A stretch of DNA of 64,000 bases from Fidelibacterota bacterium (GCA_036338335.1 JAYZCL010000025.1:4681-68680); one strand, 5' to 3'; positions 29,403 to 39,962 are shown, numbered from the stretch's first letter. Notes: generated by a model from the letters alone, not told the origin. A program made the numbers and translations.

Positions 29403-29958
29403 CGATAAAACACTTACACCGGGGAATAAGCACCAGGAAGGGGTGGCTGTCTGGCTAACAGGACTGTCCGGGGCTGGCAAGACCACCATTTCGATTCCGC
29501 TATGTGAAAAGCTCGAATCCATGGGATATCGCGTGCAACGGCTCGATGGCGATGTAGTCAGGCAGAAGCTGACGAGAGACCTCGGTTTCAGCAAGGAAGA
29601 CCGCGATCTGAATATTGAGAGAGTCACGTTTGTGGCGGAACGATTGGTGAAGCACGGTGTCATCACTGTCTGCGCATTTATCTCTCCTTATCGCGCAGAG
29701 CGGAAGTATGCAAGAGATGAGATCGGGCGGTTTGTGGAAGTGTTTGTGAAATGTCCTCTGGAAGTGTGTGAAAAGCGGGATGTGAAAGGCCTGTACGCGA
29801 AGGCTCGGGCGGGGGAGATCAAGAATTTTACCGGCATTGATGATCCGTACGAAGAGCCCGAAAATGCGGAACTGATTGTTAATACTTCGGAATCTACGCT
29901 TCAAGTAGAAGTCGATGCCATCATCTCCTGTATGCAGGAAAATGATTATATAAACTGA
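29395..29958 (+). CDS. cysC: adenylylsulfate (APS) kinase
   Basis: WLTGLSGAGKTTIS P-loop, LDGDVVR, FISPY. 8-nt overlap with sat. Confidence 0.92.
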   Translation: MVSDKTLTPGNKHQEGVAVWLTGLSGAGKTTISIPLCEKLESMGYRVQRLDGDVVRQKLTRDLGFSKEDRDLNIERVTFVAERLVKHGVITVCAFISPYRAERKYARDEIGRFVEVFVKCPLEVCEKRDVKGLYAKARAGEIKNFTGIDDPYEEPENAELIVNTSESTLQVEVDAIISCMQENDYIN

Positions 29959-29991
29959 ACACACCGCACTAATTTTCTGCTAAGGGACTTC

Positions 29992-31194
29992 ATGCGGATT
30001 TACAGGCAGGCCGGGAATATTAAGTCTGCCCTCTTTATTGGGGGTATTCTGCTGATTTTCGGTCTTTTTGTTTATACTCAATCCATCATAGATGATCTCC
30101 GGCGTGAGGGTCGCGAGACCGTTGCTCTCTATGCACGGCTCATCGCCAAAGGGGTCACCGACGCCGACGATAATGAACTCGACTTTGTCTTCCGGGAGAT
30201 CATTCAGAAAGTGACCTTCCCGATCATCCATTCAGATACGGAAGGGAATCCTGTGAACTGGCGGAACATTGGCGATGACCAGAATATGGATGTCGAGGTG
30301 GCGAGGAAACTAATGGATGAGATGGATTCCCAGAACAAGCCTATCCCCTTGTTTGTAACGCTTGAAGGTGAGGCAGGAGGCGATCTTCTCGAGTTTCAAC
30401 TTGGTTACCTGCATTACGGCGATTCTGTCTTAATCAGAAGACTTCGTCTGTTACCTTATATCGAAATAGGTGCGGTTGCATTGTTCATTTTCTTAGGCTT
30501 CTCCGGTTTCCAGATCATCCGCAGAACAGAGAAACAGCACATCTGGTTCGGTATGGCCAGAGAGATGGCACATCAGCTTGGGACACCGGTCTCGTCTCTC
30601 ATGGGGTGGGTGGAGCGATTGAGGGATCATCCGAAAGAGTCTTCTCAACTCGCTGCAGATATGAATACCGATGTCATGAGACTTCAAGAGATTAGTGAAC
30701 GCTTCTCGCGCATGGGGTCAGTCCCGAAGATGGAGCCTTTAGCGGTGACACCCCTGCTGGAAGAACTGAAGTCCTATTTCGAAAAACGACTGCCAGCCAA
30801 CTCAAGGGAAATTGTTCTGAGTGTGGAGAGCGGGGACGAGACAGTGAAAGCTTCCCCGACTCTTCTCACTTGGGCACTTGAGAACCTTATTAAAAACGCC
30901 ATCGATTCCATCGATAAGGAGCGTGGGGAAGTGAAACTCAAATCCGATAAGGACGGGTCACATATATCCATAACAGTTCAAGATAACGGGAAAGGCATAT
31001 TCCGACGAGACTGGAAGAATATTTTCCGCCCAGGCTACACCACCAAGGAGCGAGGATGGGGTGTAGGGCTCAGCATGGTGCAGCGGATTGTTGAGGACTT
31101 TCTAAGTGGTACAATTGCGATTAAAGCTTCTGAAGTGGGGAAAGGGACTTCCATAGAGCTCAAGCTTCCGGGAACCGTTGAGAAGCAGAAATAG
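29992..31194 (+). CDS. two-TM sensor histidine kinase with no adjacent response regulator
   Basis: H-box MAHQLGTPVSSLMGW. N box ENLIKNAIDS. G boxes DNGKGI and GWGVGLS. Confidence 0.85.
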   Translation: MRIYRQAGNIKSALFIGGILLIFGLFVYTQSIIDDLRREGRETVALYARLIAKGVTDADDNELDFVFREIIQKVTFPIIHSDTEGNPVNWRNIGDDQNMDVEVARKLMDEMDSQNKPIPLFVTLEGEAGGDLLEFQLGYLHYGDSVLIRRLRLLPYIEIGAVALFIFLGFSGFQIIRRTEKQHIWFGMAREMAHQLGTPVSSLMGWVERLRDHPKESSQLAADMNTDVMRLQEISERFSRMGSVPKMEPLAVTPLLEELKSYFEKRLPANSREIVLSVESGDETVKASPTLLTWALENLIKNAIDSIDKERGEVKLKSDKDGSHISITVQDNGKGIFRRDWKNIFRPGYTTKERGWGVGLSMVQRIVEDFLSGTIAIKASEVGKGTSIELKLPGTVEKQK

Positions 31195-31245
31195 AAACCC
31201 TCGACCGAATGGCCTGGGGATCCTATTCTCTGATTAATTGTAAAC

Positions 31246-31845
31246 TCAGCTGAGCCTATCAGCCACGAAATCCCAGTTGATGAGATTGTCCAACACAGCC
31301 TTCACGTGGTCGGCCCTCAAGTTCTGATAATCAAGGTAGTAGGCGTGTTCCCAAACGTCGATTCCAAGGAGGGCATTTTTTCCGTGGACGAGGGGGTTCT
31401 CTGCATTGGGTGTTCCCATAATGGCGAGACGGCCTTTTTCTTCCACCAACCAGCACCAACCGCTTCCGAAAACGCCCACCGCTGAAGCAGTAAACTGCTC
31501 CTTAAAGGAATCGAGTCCATCGAAGGCATCATCCATCTTGGACGCTAATTCTCCTGACGGCACGTCCGCTCCTCCGGGCTGCATCTGGTTCCAGTAGAGG
31601 ATGTGGTTCCACGCCTGTCCGGCATTATTAAATATCTTTTGTGTATCGGGATTCCCGAAGCTGCCTGTAACCACGTCTTCCAGCGACATGTTGGCGAACT
31701 GTGTCCCCTCTGAAAGGGTGTTCAGCATATTGAAATAGGCTGCATGGTGCTTACCGTAGTGAAGTCCCACTGTCTGAGCAGAGATGGTTGGCATCAGTGC
31801 GTTCTCATCGAATGGAAGATCTGGGAGTGTGAAAGGTTGACTCAT
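31246..31845 (-). CDS. sodB: Fe-type superoxide dismutase
   Basis: LHYGKHHAAYF, AGQAWNHILYW (Fe-SOD-like), DVWEHAYYLDYQN. Confidence 0.92.
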   Translation of the reverse strand: MSQPFTLPDLPFDENALMPTISAQTVGLHYGKHHAAYFNMLNTLSEGTQFANMSLEDVVTGSFGNPDTQKIFNNAGQAWNHILYWNQMQPGGADVPSGELASKMDDAFDGLDSFKEQFTASAVGVFGSGWCWLVEEKGRLAIMGTPNAENPLVHGKNALLGIDVWEHAYYLDYQNLRADHVKAVLDNLINWDFVADRLS

Positions 31846-31937
31846 AGTGCCTCCTACTATTTTCTAACTGTTTGGATTCATGATGCGAGCCCTGAAGTTA
31901 ACTCATCGCCCAAAGAAAGGAAACTCCAAAGGGGTTT

Positions 31938-34900
31938 TCAATCAGCGGTGACACACAGTTGTTGGCAAAAAGTTTCGCGAAGGACCTCATCTAAGGTGCT
32001 CACTAGGAGCTGCGCGTTATCCCGCGAGAAGACCATCGGCGGTCGAATCTTCAGAACGTTTCGGTGTAGACCATCAGTTGAAATAAGGATCCCCTTTTCT
32101 TTCATCCGTTCGACGATGTAGGCGGCGTGTTCCGGCGCCGACTCAAGGGATTCTAGATCCTTGATCAATTCTACACCAATGAAGAAACCACTTCCCCGTA
32201 CATCGCCAACGAGAGGATGATCAGTTCGGAGCAGACTTAGCTGTGATACAAGATAGTCTCCCACTTTCTTTGCGTTTTCCTGAAGTCTTTCCTTCTCTAG
32301 AATATCCAGAACAGCCAGCGCCGCTGCACAGGAAACGGGATTCCCGCCATAGGTGTTGAAGTATTCCATACCCGTATCGAACGAGGTGGCGATCTCCGGA
32401 GTTGTTACCACCGCCGCGATAGGATGCCCGTTTCCCATAGGCTTACCAAGGGTGACGATATCGGGCACCACCGATTGTGTCTCAAAGCCCCAGAAATGAC
32501 TTCCTGTCCTGCCGAAGCCTACTACAACTTCATCGGCAATGCAGACGCCCCCGGCGTTATGGATATGTGCGTAAGCCTTGGCGAGGTAGTTGTCCGGAAA
32601 GATTATCAGACCACCGCTACTGATCATCGATTCCGCGATGAAGGCCGAAACTTTACCACCGAGCTTTGCAATTCGGTCAATCGCTTCTTTCACATCCTCA
32701 GCATACTGTTCCCCGGCATCTGTTTTATCATAACTGTACGGTCCGTGGTAGCCGTCGGGCATCGACACCATCTGTACGTGATCAGGGATACCACTTCCTC
32801 CCGGTCCTTCGAATTTGTATGGACTGATGTCAATGAGAGTGGAGAGGTTGCCGTGGTAAGCTCCCTCCAGAGTGATGATGTCTGTTCCTCCCGTATGACT
32901 CATCGCAAGACGGAGCGCAAGATCGTTTGCTTCGCTACCGCTGTTCACAAAGAAACAGACGGAGAGGGGATCTGGCATGCTGGCAACGATTCGCTCCGCC
33001 AATCTTGTCACATTTTCGTGAAGGTAGCGCGTGTTTGTATTGAGCACGGTGGATTGTTTCTGAATGGCTTCCACCACTTTCGGGTGGGAATGACCGACGT
33101 GAGGAACATTGTTTACACCATCAAGATACTTTCTTCCTTCGTAATCAAAGAGGTACTGCATCCAGCCGCGGACGATTGTTAGAGGATTTTGATATGAGAG
33201 GCTGAGATTAGGTCCTAGATGCGTTTTTCGTGAATCTCGAATCAGTTCCGGCGAGGCCCCTCGTGCTGTCACCTCCGTACTGTGAAGGCCGAGCATCGCT
33301 GAAGGTTTCGGTGAGATACTGAGCCAGATTTTTCTCTCGGATGGTTTGGCGACGCCAGGGAAATCCCCTTCGTAACCGAGCATATCGGTAATGATTTGGA
33401 AGTGGAGATGGGGTGGCCATCCGCCGTTTTCAGTACTGCTACCTACTGTAGAAAACTGCTCGCCCTTCATGATCTTTTGACCGATCTCAAGATTGTCTAG
33501 AACCTCTACGCCGAGATGTCCGTAGAGGGTGTAGAACGTGGGTGCATTTTGAGGGGCGTGGGCGAGGATGACCGTGGGGCCGTAATCCAGATAAAGACTG
33601 TTATTACGGATTGAATGCACCTCTCCCTTTAGTGGTGCATAGATAGCGGTACAGACAGGCAGGAATAGATCTACGCCGAGATGAACTGTTCGCCATTCAT
33701 CAGACTCATTCCCGTGCTCCGCGAACTGATCGGCGGTATAAATCATCCGAGCCTCGTCATATCGGCCGATCGAGGGTATGCTTATCATTGGTGATATTTT
33801 CCGTACGTCGTTCCAGATACCGTCCGCGAGCGCGACATTTTCTATGGAAAGATCTATTGAGGAAACACTATTGTCATCAAGGTCCACATCGACGATTTTC
33901 GAGAACTGAGGCTTGCTGCTCTCCATCCAGTTGACCAGATGAGGTGTAACGGGTGACGGTTCAAGGCCGCAGGCAAATCTGAAACTGAAATGTGCGAACT
34001 CGGTAGAGGTTCTGCCAAGATGTTCGATCAAGTCCCACGCCACTTTTTCACTTACCGATAGGTACTGATTCTCTGGATCCAGAGCCTTCTGATGCGCGGC
34101 GATCACGACGGACATGCAGAGGCGGAGTAAGATAAGAGAGAAAAGAGCCGATATTTCCTCCTCTTTAAGAGGTGCCGTTTTGTGGTAACCGGACACTATC
34201 GGCTTGGCTATAGCGAAGGGATCTCGTTTATTCAGCATGGCATAGGCGCATGCGACGGCCGGTTCCGCTGCCAACCAAGAGTAAACTGAATCACCCACGT
34301 CTATAGCACCGACAAGTTTCCCGGTACCGTTGTCCCCGCAGGCTACCAACAGATTGTGATCATTGGCATCGTTATAAATGACTCCCTCCCGTAGATAATC
34401 TTTTACATCAAGGAGTACTTTTTCTATCGATTCAATTGAGTACATTATTTGATCTTTTTTCTTCTCGTCTGTGATTTCGTGGAGGTGTGTCTGCACTAGG
34501 TTCACGCCGTGTTTCATGTCCCAATAGAGAGGACGATCCATTGCGGGATGAGAAAAGCTGGAGAGCGAACGCGTGACAAAACCGAGAAAACTTCCAATCT
34601 CCTTCATCAGAGCAGAAGTGTGGGGCGTGTAATCGGCGAGGAAAATTCCCTCAACAAAGGTGAGCAAGCGGATTTTTAAGTTTTCACCGCGGTCGTTCTC
34701 CCAATCGCTGATGAGTTGACCCCTCATGTCTGGTTGTGGAATCGGCCATTGCCATCCGTCACTGTTTGAAGAGAGGTGAAGAAGCATCCGGTTCTGGAAA
34801 TCGATGACCGATTCCTCATCGGCGGCATTGCCGACCTTGAGGACGAACTTCTTTCCGAACATCGCCTCGATTAGGAAGTTTCTATCCCGTTCTCCGGCGA

Positions 34901-34997
34901 GTTCTGTTACTTTACCGGTGATTCCGAAATAGCTTTCCGCTGCGGTAGCAGCGTCCGCAAGTGAAATACCTGGTCGAGGGAGACGGTTAATCTTCAT
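31938..34997 (-). CDS. tri-domain fusion: APH-fold kinase, M23 peptidase-like domain and class III PLP aminotransferase-fold (phospho-lyase-like) enzyme
   Basis: aa 1-345 kinase-like ([20 protein letters not shown]). aa 405-545 M23 ([20 protein letters not shown]). aa 590-1019 PLP fold ([36 protein letters not shown]). Confidence 0.85.
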   Translation of the reverse strand: MKINRLPRPGISLADAATAAESYFGITGKVTELAGERDRNFLIEAMFGKKFVLKVGNAADEESVIDFQNRMLLHLSSNSDGWQWPIPQPDMRGQLISDWENDRGENLKIRLLTFVEGIFLADYTPHTSALMKEIGSFLGFVTRSLSSFSHPAMDRPLYWDMKHGVNLVQTHLHEITDEKKKDQIMYSIESIEKVLLDVKDYLREGVIYNDANDHNLLVACGDNGTGKLVGAIDVGDSVYSWLAAEPAVACAYAMLNKRDPFAIAKPIVSGYHKTAPLKEEEISALFSLILLRLCMSVVIAAHQKALDPENQYLSVSEKVAWDLIEHLGRTSTEFAHFSFRFACGLEPSPVTPHLVNWMESSKPQFSKIVDVDLDDNSVSSIDLSIENVALADGIWNDVRKISPMISIPSIGRYDEARMIYTADQFAEHGNESDEWRTVHLGVDLFLPVCTAIYAPLKGEVHSIRNNSLYLDYGPTVILAHAPQNAPTFYTLYGHLGVEVLDNLEIGQKIMKGEQFSTVGSSTENGGWPPHLHFQIITDMLGYEGDFPGVAKPSERKIWLSISPKPSAMLGLHSTEVTARGASPELIRDSRKTHLGPNLSLSYQNPLTIVRGWMQYLFDYEGRKYLDGVNNVPHVGHSHPKVVEAIQKQSTVLNTNTRYLHENVTRLAERIVASMPDPLSVCFFVNSGSEANDLALRLAMSHTGGTDIITLEGAYHGNLSTLIDISPYKFEGPGGSGIPDHVQMVSMPDGYHGPYSYDKTDAGEQYAEDVKEAIDRIAKLGGKVSAFIAESMISSGGLIIFPDNYLAKAYAHIHNAGGVCIADEVVVGFGRTGSHFWGFETQSVVPDIVTLGKPMGNGHPIAAVVTTPEIATSFDTGMEYFNTYGGNPVSCAAALAVLDILEKERLQENAKKVGDYLVSQLSLLRTDHPLVGDVRGSGFFIGVELIKDLESLESAPEHAAYIVERMKEKGILISTDGLHRNVLKIRPPMVFSRDNAQLLVSTLDEVLRETFCQQLCVTAD

Positions 34998-35060
34998 GGA
35001 TAGCGAAGTTCAGTGATATTCTGAACAGACAAGGGACTACGAAAAGATACTCTCTTTCAG

Positions 35061-36053
35061 CTATCTTCCACCGTAGTTGTGTTGGGTGGCTTCTTCATTG
35101 CGGTCGGTGGCTGAAGGAGGTGTGGGAGAGAGGGCGGATATCTCCGACCGAAGTTCATCAGTCATGTCGATGTTCACTGACTCAAGAGCCGGTTTGAGTT
35201 GCCCATAGTTTCGTCCTCCGATTATAGGCGCCGTTACTGCTTCATGAGCGCCGACCCACGACACGCCCAGTGAGATAGGGGAGAAGCCTCTACTCTCGGC
35301 GAAGGCGGAAAAAGCTTCGGCGATTTCGAAAAACCGGGGATCTTGGTACCGCTCTTTGTACATCTTGTTATTGAGCAGGCGGCCCTCTTTTGGTTTCTTA
35401 CCCTTTGCATACTTTCCAGTGAGAAGCCCGCCACCAAGGGGCGAATAGCTGATGACACCCACATTTTCAGACTTCGCCATGGGAAGCAGTTCAACTTCAG
35501 CCTGCCGTTTCGCAAGATTGTACATGGGCTGAATACATTCAATCTGGTTCCAGACGTTGGCAGAGGAAATGCCTAACGCCTTTGTAACCTGCCACGCCGC
35601 AAAATTGCTTACACCGAGATAGAGGATTTTGCCATCACGGACCAGATCGTCCAACACGCGGAGAGTTTCTTCCAATGGGGTAATATCATCGAACCGATGA
35701 AGAAAGTAGAGATCGATGTAATCAGTCTTTAATCGGCGTAGACTTCCCTCGATCGCATGCCGGATATGTTTGTGCGTGGCTCCCCGCGCATTTACGTCCT
35801 CACCCGTAGGGAAGTAGACTTTTGTGGTGATGATAACCTCCTCTCTGCATCCGGCCATCAGTTTCCCCAAAATCTTCTCAGAGCGGCCCTTTTCATAAAC
35901 ATTGGCACAGTCGAAGAAATTCACTCCTGCGTCCCTGCACTTGCCAAACATTTTCTTCGATTCAGCCTCATCGGCGGGGCCGCCGAAGGTCATTGTGCCG
36001 AGGCAGAGCTGCGACACCTCTATGCCCGTATTTCCCAAAAGTCTGTATTCCAT
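35061..36053 (-). CDS. aldo/keto reductase
   Basis: MEYRLLGNTGIEVSQLCLGTMTFGG, DCANVYEKGRSE, IDLYFLHRFD. Confidence 0.9.
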   Translation of the reverse strand: MEYRLLGNTGIEVSQLCLGTMTFGGPADEAESKKMFGKCRDAGVNFFDCANVYEKGRSEKILGKLMAGCREEVIITTKVYFPTGEDVNARGATHKHIRHAIEGSLRRLKTDYIDLYFLHRFDDITPLEETLRVLDDLVRDGKILYLGVSNFAAWQVTKALGISSANVWNQIECIQPMYNLAKRQAEVELLPMAKSENVGVISYSPLGGGLLTGKYAKGKKPKEGRLLNNKMYKERYQDPRFFEIAEAFSAFAESRGFSPISLGVSWVGAHEAVTAPIIGGRNYGQLKPALESVNIDMTDELRSEISALSPTPPSATDRNEEATQHNYGGR

Positions 36054-36143
36054 AATTGTTATTGTCCTCTTCTTTGAGAGAAAGATATTAAGTGAGATGA
36101 CAGGTGTGAGGCTACTGATTATTGGAGGGTTTTCCGCAGGTGC

Positions 36144-38915
36144 GTGACAGCTGAGAATTCAATTGAAGGCACCCCTTTCCGCGTGATAACTTCTTTCGTG
36201 AGTCTTTCGGATAAGAAACGGCTGTTCCTCATCGATGGCTACGCTATGGTCTACAGAGCCCACTTCGCCATGATCCGGAACCCTCTCATCACTTCCAAGG
36301 GGCTCCACACAAGTGCCCTTTTCGGATTCGTAAACTCTGTTTTCAAGCTTCTGAGGGACGAATCTCCTGATTACCTTGCGGCCGTTTTTGACGGAAAGAA
36401 AAAGACCTTCCGTCACGAAATGTATCCGGAATACAAAGCGACTCGCGAAAAGATGCCCGATGAACTCCGTGAACAGCTCCCCCATATGTGGCGTCTTGTA
36501 GAAGCGATGAATATACCGAGGTTGGAAGTGGAAGGATTTGAAGCGGATGATGTCATCGGCACGCTTGCGCACCGTTCTGTCGAGGCGGGACTTGAGTGCA
36601 GAATTCTGAGTGGTGACAAAGATTTCATGCAGCTGGTTACAGATGCAATCTTTCTCCATGCCCCCTCGAAGGCGGGCAACTCAACCGTCTACGGCCCATC
36701 TGAAGTTGAAGAAAAATGGGGTGTGCCACCCGAACGGATCATTGATCTCCTTGGATTGATGGGAGACAGTTCAGATAACGTTCCTGGCGTTCCTGGCGTG
36801 GGAGAGAAGACTGCAGTCAGACTTATTCATGAGTACGGCGATTTCGACAACATCCTGGCTCACGCAGAAAATGTGAAGAATAAACGAGCTAGAGAAGGAT
36901 TGATGAACGATGTTGAAGGTGCGCAGCTTTCCCGCGAACTTGTAACGATCAAGACCGATCTCGAAGTCCCTGTTAAACTGGATGAGATGAAGGTGGAAAC
37001 ATTCAATTTTGAAGCAATGGAAGAACTTTTTCGAGAGCTTGAATTCTTCCGCCTTCAGGGTCAACTGGACGGATTTCGCGTTGACGAGGACGCCAAAATC
37101 GAAAACGAGATCAAGAAGAATTACTTCACAGTGAAATCTCGAAAAGAGCTCGATGTTATGATAAACGATCTTGAACAGGCCGACTTGGTTTCGATCGATA
37201 TAGAGTCCACGAGCACCGATCCCATGCTTGCCGAAATCGTTGGATTTAGTTTTTCCGTTCGGCCTGATGAAGGGTGGTATCTCCCTATTCGTTTTCCGGA
37301 GAAGAGGGGGAAACTGTATGACGGCAAGGATGATCTGGAAACTGTCCTCAAAGCGCTTGGTCCGCTTCTTGAAGATGACTCTCTGGCCAAATGTGGCCAA
37401 AACATCAAGTATGATATGGTGATCTTGAGACGTCATGGAATTGATGTAAGCGGCGTACAGTTCGATTCGATGATCGCCGCCCACCTTCTCCGGCCCGAAT
37501 TACGCTCTTACAAACTCGATTACCTCTGTGAAGAGCATCTCCACTATAGAATGCAACCGATCACCGATCTCATCGGAACAGGCAAGGCACAGAAAAAGAT
37601 GGATGAGGTCGAACTGGAGGATGTATCATTTTACGCTGCCGAAGATGCAGACGTATGCCTACAGTTGACACCAATTCTAAACAAAGAACTGAAGAAAGCA
37701 TCGCTGGAAGATTCCTTTCACCGGGTGGAGATGCCTTTGCTTTCGTGTCTTGTGTCGATGGAAACAGACGGAGTTTTCGTAGATGAGTCTCTGATGCGTG
37801 AGATGTCTCTCTGGATGGAAAATAAGCTCGACGTTTTCTCAACTGAAATCCACGCGGAAGCTGGAAACCAGTTCAACATCAACTCGCCCAAGCAACTTGC
37901 TACAATTCTGTTCGATGTGCTCGGATTGCCGGAAATTCGGAAACGGTCCACAGACGTAAACGTTCTGGAATCGCTCAAGAATCAGCACCCGCTTCCGGAG
38001 AAGATTCTTGAATACAGAAAGTTCCAGAAGCTGAAGTCAACTTATGTTGACGCCATTCCTGAATTAATTCATCCCGAGACAGGGCGGATACATTCGTCTT
38101 TCAGTCAGGCGGTAGCGGCGACAGGACGGCTTTCGAGCAGCAAACCTAATTTCCAGAATATCCCCATTCGAACCGAGGAGGGTCGTGAGATCAGGAAAGC
38201 ATTCCGTCCCCAATTGGATGGCTGGACCATTCTCTCAGCCGACTACTCCCAGATTGAGCTCCGAATCGTGGCTCACTTGAGCGGTGATGAGGGGCTTCAC
38301 GCGGCGTTCGCCGGCGAGGAAGATATCCATGCATACACGGCCTCAAACATCTACGATGTACCGCTGGAGTTGGTCTTACCGGAGATGCGCCGGACGGCGA
38401 AAATAGTAAACTTTGGCGTTATGTACGGAGCAGGTCCATTCCGTCTCTCTCAAGAACTTGGCATACCCATGGCCGAATCGAAAAAGATTATTGATGCTTA
38501 CTTCGAACGTTATACAGGTATCAGGGAATTCATCGATGAGACGTTGGCGTTTGCGCGAAAAGAGAAGTATGTTCAGACCGTGCTTGGACGACGTCGGTAC
38601 TGCCATGATATTAATGACAGCAACCAGAGGGTAAGAAGCGCGGCAGAAAGAGCGACGATAAACATGCCTATTCAAGGTACAGCTGCTGAAATGATTAAAC
38701 TGGCGATGATTTCGATCCATGAAAAACTTTCGGCTAAACGGCTTGAATCGAAAATGATTTTGCAGATTCATGATGAGTTGCTGTTTGAAGTACCGAACGG
38801 TGAACTTGATGATGTGAGAGAACTGGTTGTATCTGAGATGGAAACTGCTCTTCCGCTGGATGTTGCAGTTGTTGTGGATTGTGGTGTTGGAGAATCATGG
38901 TTTCATGCTCACTGA
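36144..38915 (+). CDS. polA: DNA polymerase I
   Basis: 5'-nuclease domain (LIDGYAMVYRAHFA), 3'-5' exonuclease domain (VSIDIESTS), polymerase motifs (DYSQIELRI, QIHDELLFE). Confidence 0.97.
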   Translation: MTAENSIEGTPFRVITSFVSLSDKKRLFLIDGYAMVYRAHFAMIRNPLITSKGLHTSALFGFVNSVFKLLRDESPDYLAAVFDGKKKTFRHEMYPEYKATREKMPDELREQLPHMWRLVEAMNIPRLEVEGFEADDVIGTLAHRSVEAGLECRILSGDKDFMQLVTDAIFLHAPSKAGNSTVYGPSEVEEKWGVPPERIIDLLGLMGDSSDNVPGVPGVGEKTAVRLIHEYGDFDNILAHAENVKNKRAREGLMNDVEGAQLSRELVTIKTDLEVPVKLDEMKVETFNFEAMEELFRELEFFRLQGQLDGFRVDEDAKIENEIKKNYFTVKSRKELDVMINDLEQADLVSIDIESTSTDPMLAEIVGFSFSVRPDEGWYLPIRFPEKRGKLYDGKDDLETVLKALGPLLEDDSLAKCGQNIKYDMVILRRHGIDVSGVQFDSMIAAHLLRPELRSYKLDYLCEEHLHYRMQPITDLIGTGKAQKKMDEVELEDVSFYAAEDADVCLQLTPILNKELKKASLEDSFHRVEMPLLSCLVSMETDGVFVDESLMREMSLWMENKLDVFSTEIHAEAGNQFNINSPKQLATILFDVLGLPEIRKRSTDVNVLESLKNQHPLPEKILEYRKFQKLKSTYVDAIPELIHPETGRIHSSFSQAVAATGRLSSSKPNFQNIPIRTEEGREIRKAFRPQLDGWTILSADYSQIELRIVAHLSGDEGLHAAFAGEEDIHAYTASNIYDVPLELVLPEMRRTAKIVNFGVMYGAGPFRLSQELGIPMAESKKIIDAYFERYTGIREFIDETLAFARKEKYVQTVLGRRRYCHDINDSNQRVRSAAERATINMPIQGTAAEMIKLAMISIHEKLSAKRLESKMILQIHDELLFEVPNGELDDVRELVVSEMETALPLDVAVVVDCGVGESWFHAH

Positions 38916-39044
38916 AAAGGGGCCCAATAGTCAAGTATCAAGAACCAAGGTGGGAGAAATCAACCAAGACTCAAGTAGTAGAGGAAGGCGAGTTCTTTTA
39001 ATCTCAAAGTTGAGAATTGGCTCTTTTTTTCTAGGATTTGGACA

Positions 39045-39959
39045 ATGGAAGCATCAGTTTCACTGAAAAAAGTCGGTAAGGTCTTAAACGGACGATCCCT
39101 CCTTGCCGGTCTATCGTTCGGGATTGAGCGTGGATCAATTATGGCGGTCGTCGGGCCGAATGATAGCGGAAAGACCGCCCTACTTAAGGTAATCTCCGGT
39201 TTTTCCAAACCCGAGTACGGCTCAGTCTTTATCGATGGGAAGGATGCCCAACTCAGGAGAACGGAAACGGCGAGTATGGTTGGGTTCATGCCTCAGGAAA
39301 TCAATCTTGATCCGCAGCTCTCCGTTCTCGAGAATTTGCAGTTTCACGGACGTCTCTACAGAGTGCCTCGTGATCGAATGAACCGGCGGATATCCTCACT
39401 TTCGGAGCGGCTCGATTTCAAGCAGTTCATTCACGAATTTCCAGGTGACCTCTCATCAGGATACCAGAGGCGGGCACTCCTTTGCAGAACACTGCTCCCC
39501 GATCCTCAGGTACTGCTTCTTGAGGAGCCCACGGGGTCCCTTGACTTGAGGTCCCAGTATATTGTGTGGGATTTCTTGCAAGAGATGCGAGGAAGCAAAA
39601 CAATCGTCTACACGACTCATTCCATTCGCGAAGCAGAAAGGGTTCACGACAGGATTGTGATCATGCACCATGGCCATGTTGCCTTGGACGGTACCCTAGA
39701 CAGACTTTTGGAAAACACGGGAGAACTGTTTCATTTTCAAATTCATTTTCGGAAACTCCCGAAAAATCTCTACGAAACGATGAGCAAAGTCACCACTGTG
39801 GTAAGTCCTTCACAGGTCGGTCAGGTGTTCGATTTTTACGCGAGGGAGCGAAAGGTTTTTTTCGAAATCATTAAGCTCGCCATGAAAGAAGAATTGATAG
39901 ACTACTCGGCGAATAAGGTTGGGCTTGAAACGCTGATCATGACATCCACGGAGTCGTAG
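39045..39959 (+). CDS. ABC transporter ATP-binding protein
   Basis: Walker A GPNDSGKT, signature LSSGYQRR, Walker B LLLEEPTGSLD. Confidence 0.9.
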   Translation: MEASVSLKKVGKVLNGRSLLAGLSFGIERGSIMAVVGPNDSGKTALLKVISGFSKPEYGSVFIDGKDAQLRRTETASMVGFMPQEINLDPQLSVLENLQFHGRLYRVPRDRMNRRISSLSERLDFKQFIHEFPGDLSSGYQRRALLCRTLLPDPQVLLLEEPTGSLDLRSQYIVWDFLQEMRGSKTIVYTTHSIREAERVHDRIVIMHHGHVALDGTLDRLLENTGELFHFQIHFRKLPKNLYETMSKVTTVVSPSQVGQVFDFYARERKVFFEIIKLAMKEELIDYSANKVGLETLIMTSTES

Positions 39960-39962
39960 ACA

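Noticed and set aside
33363-33785. M23 peptidase domain as a phage or cell-wall lysin.
   Set aside because: It is embedded between kinase and PLP domains of a cytoplasmic-looking protein with no signal peptide. There is no phage context.
35008-35026. Inverted repeat GTTCAG-7 nt-CTGAAC between the aldo/keto reductase gene and the tri-domain gene.
   Set aside because: It is only 6 bp with no U tract, so it is not a convincing terminator. It could be an operator, but there is nothing to support that from sequence alone.
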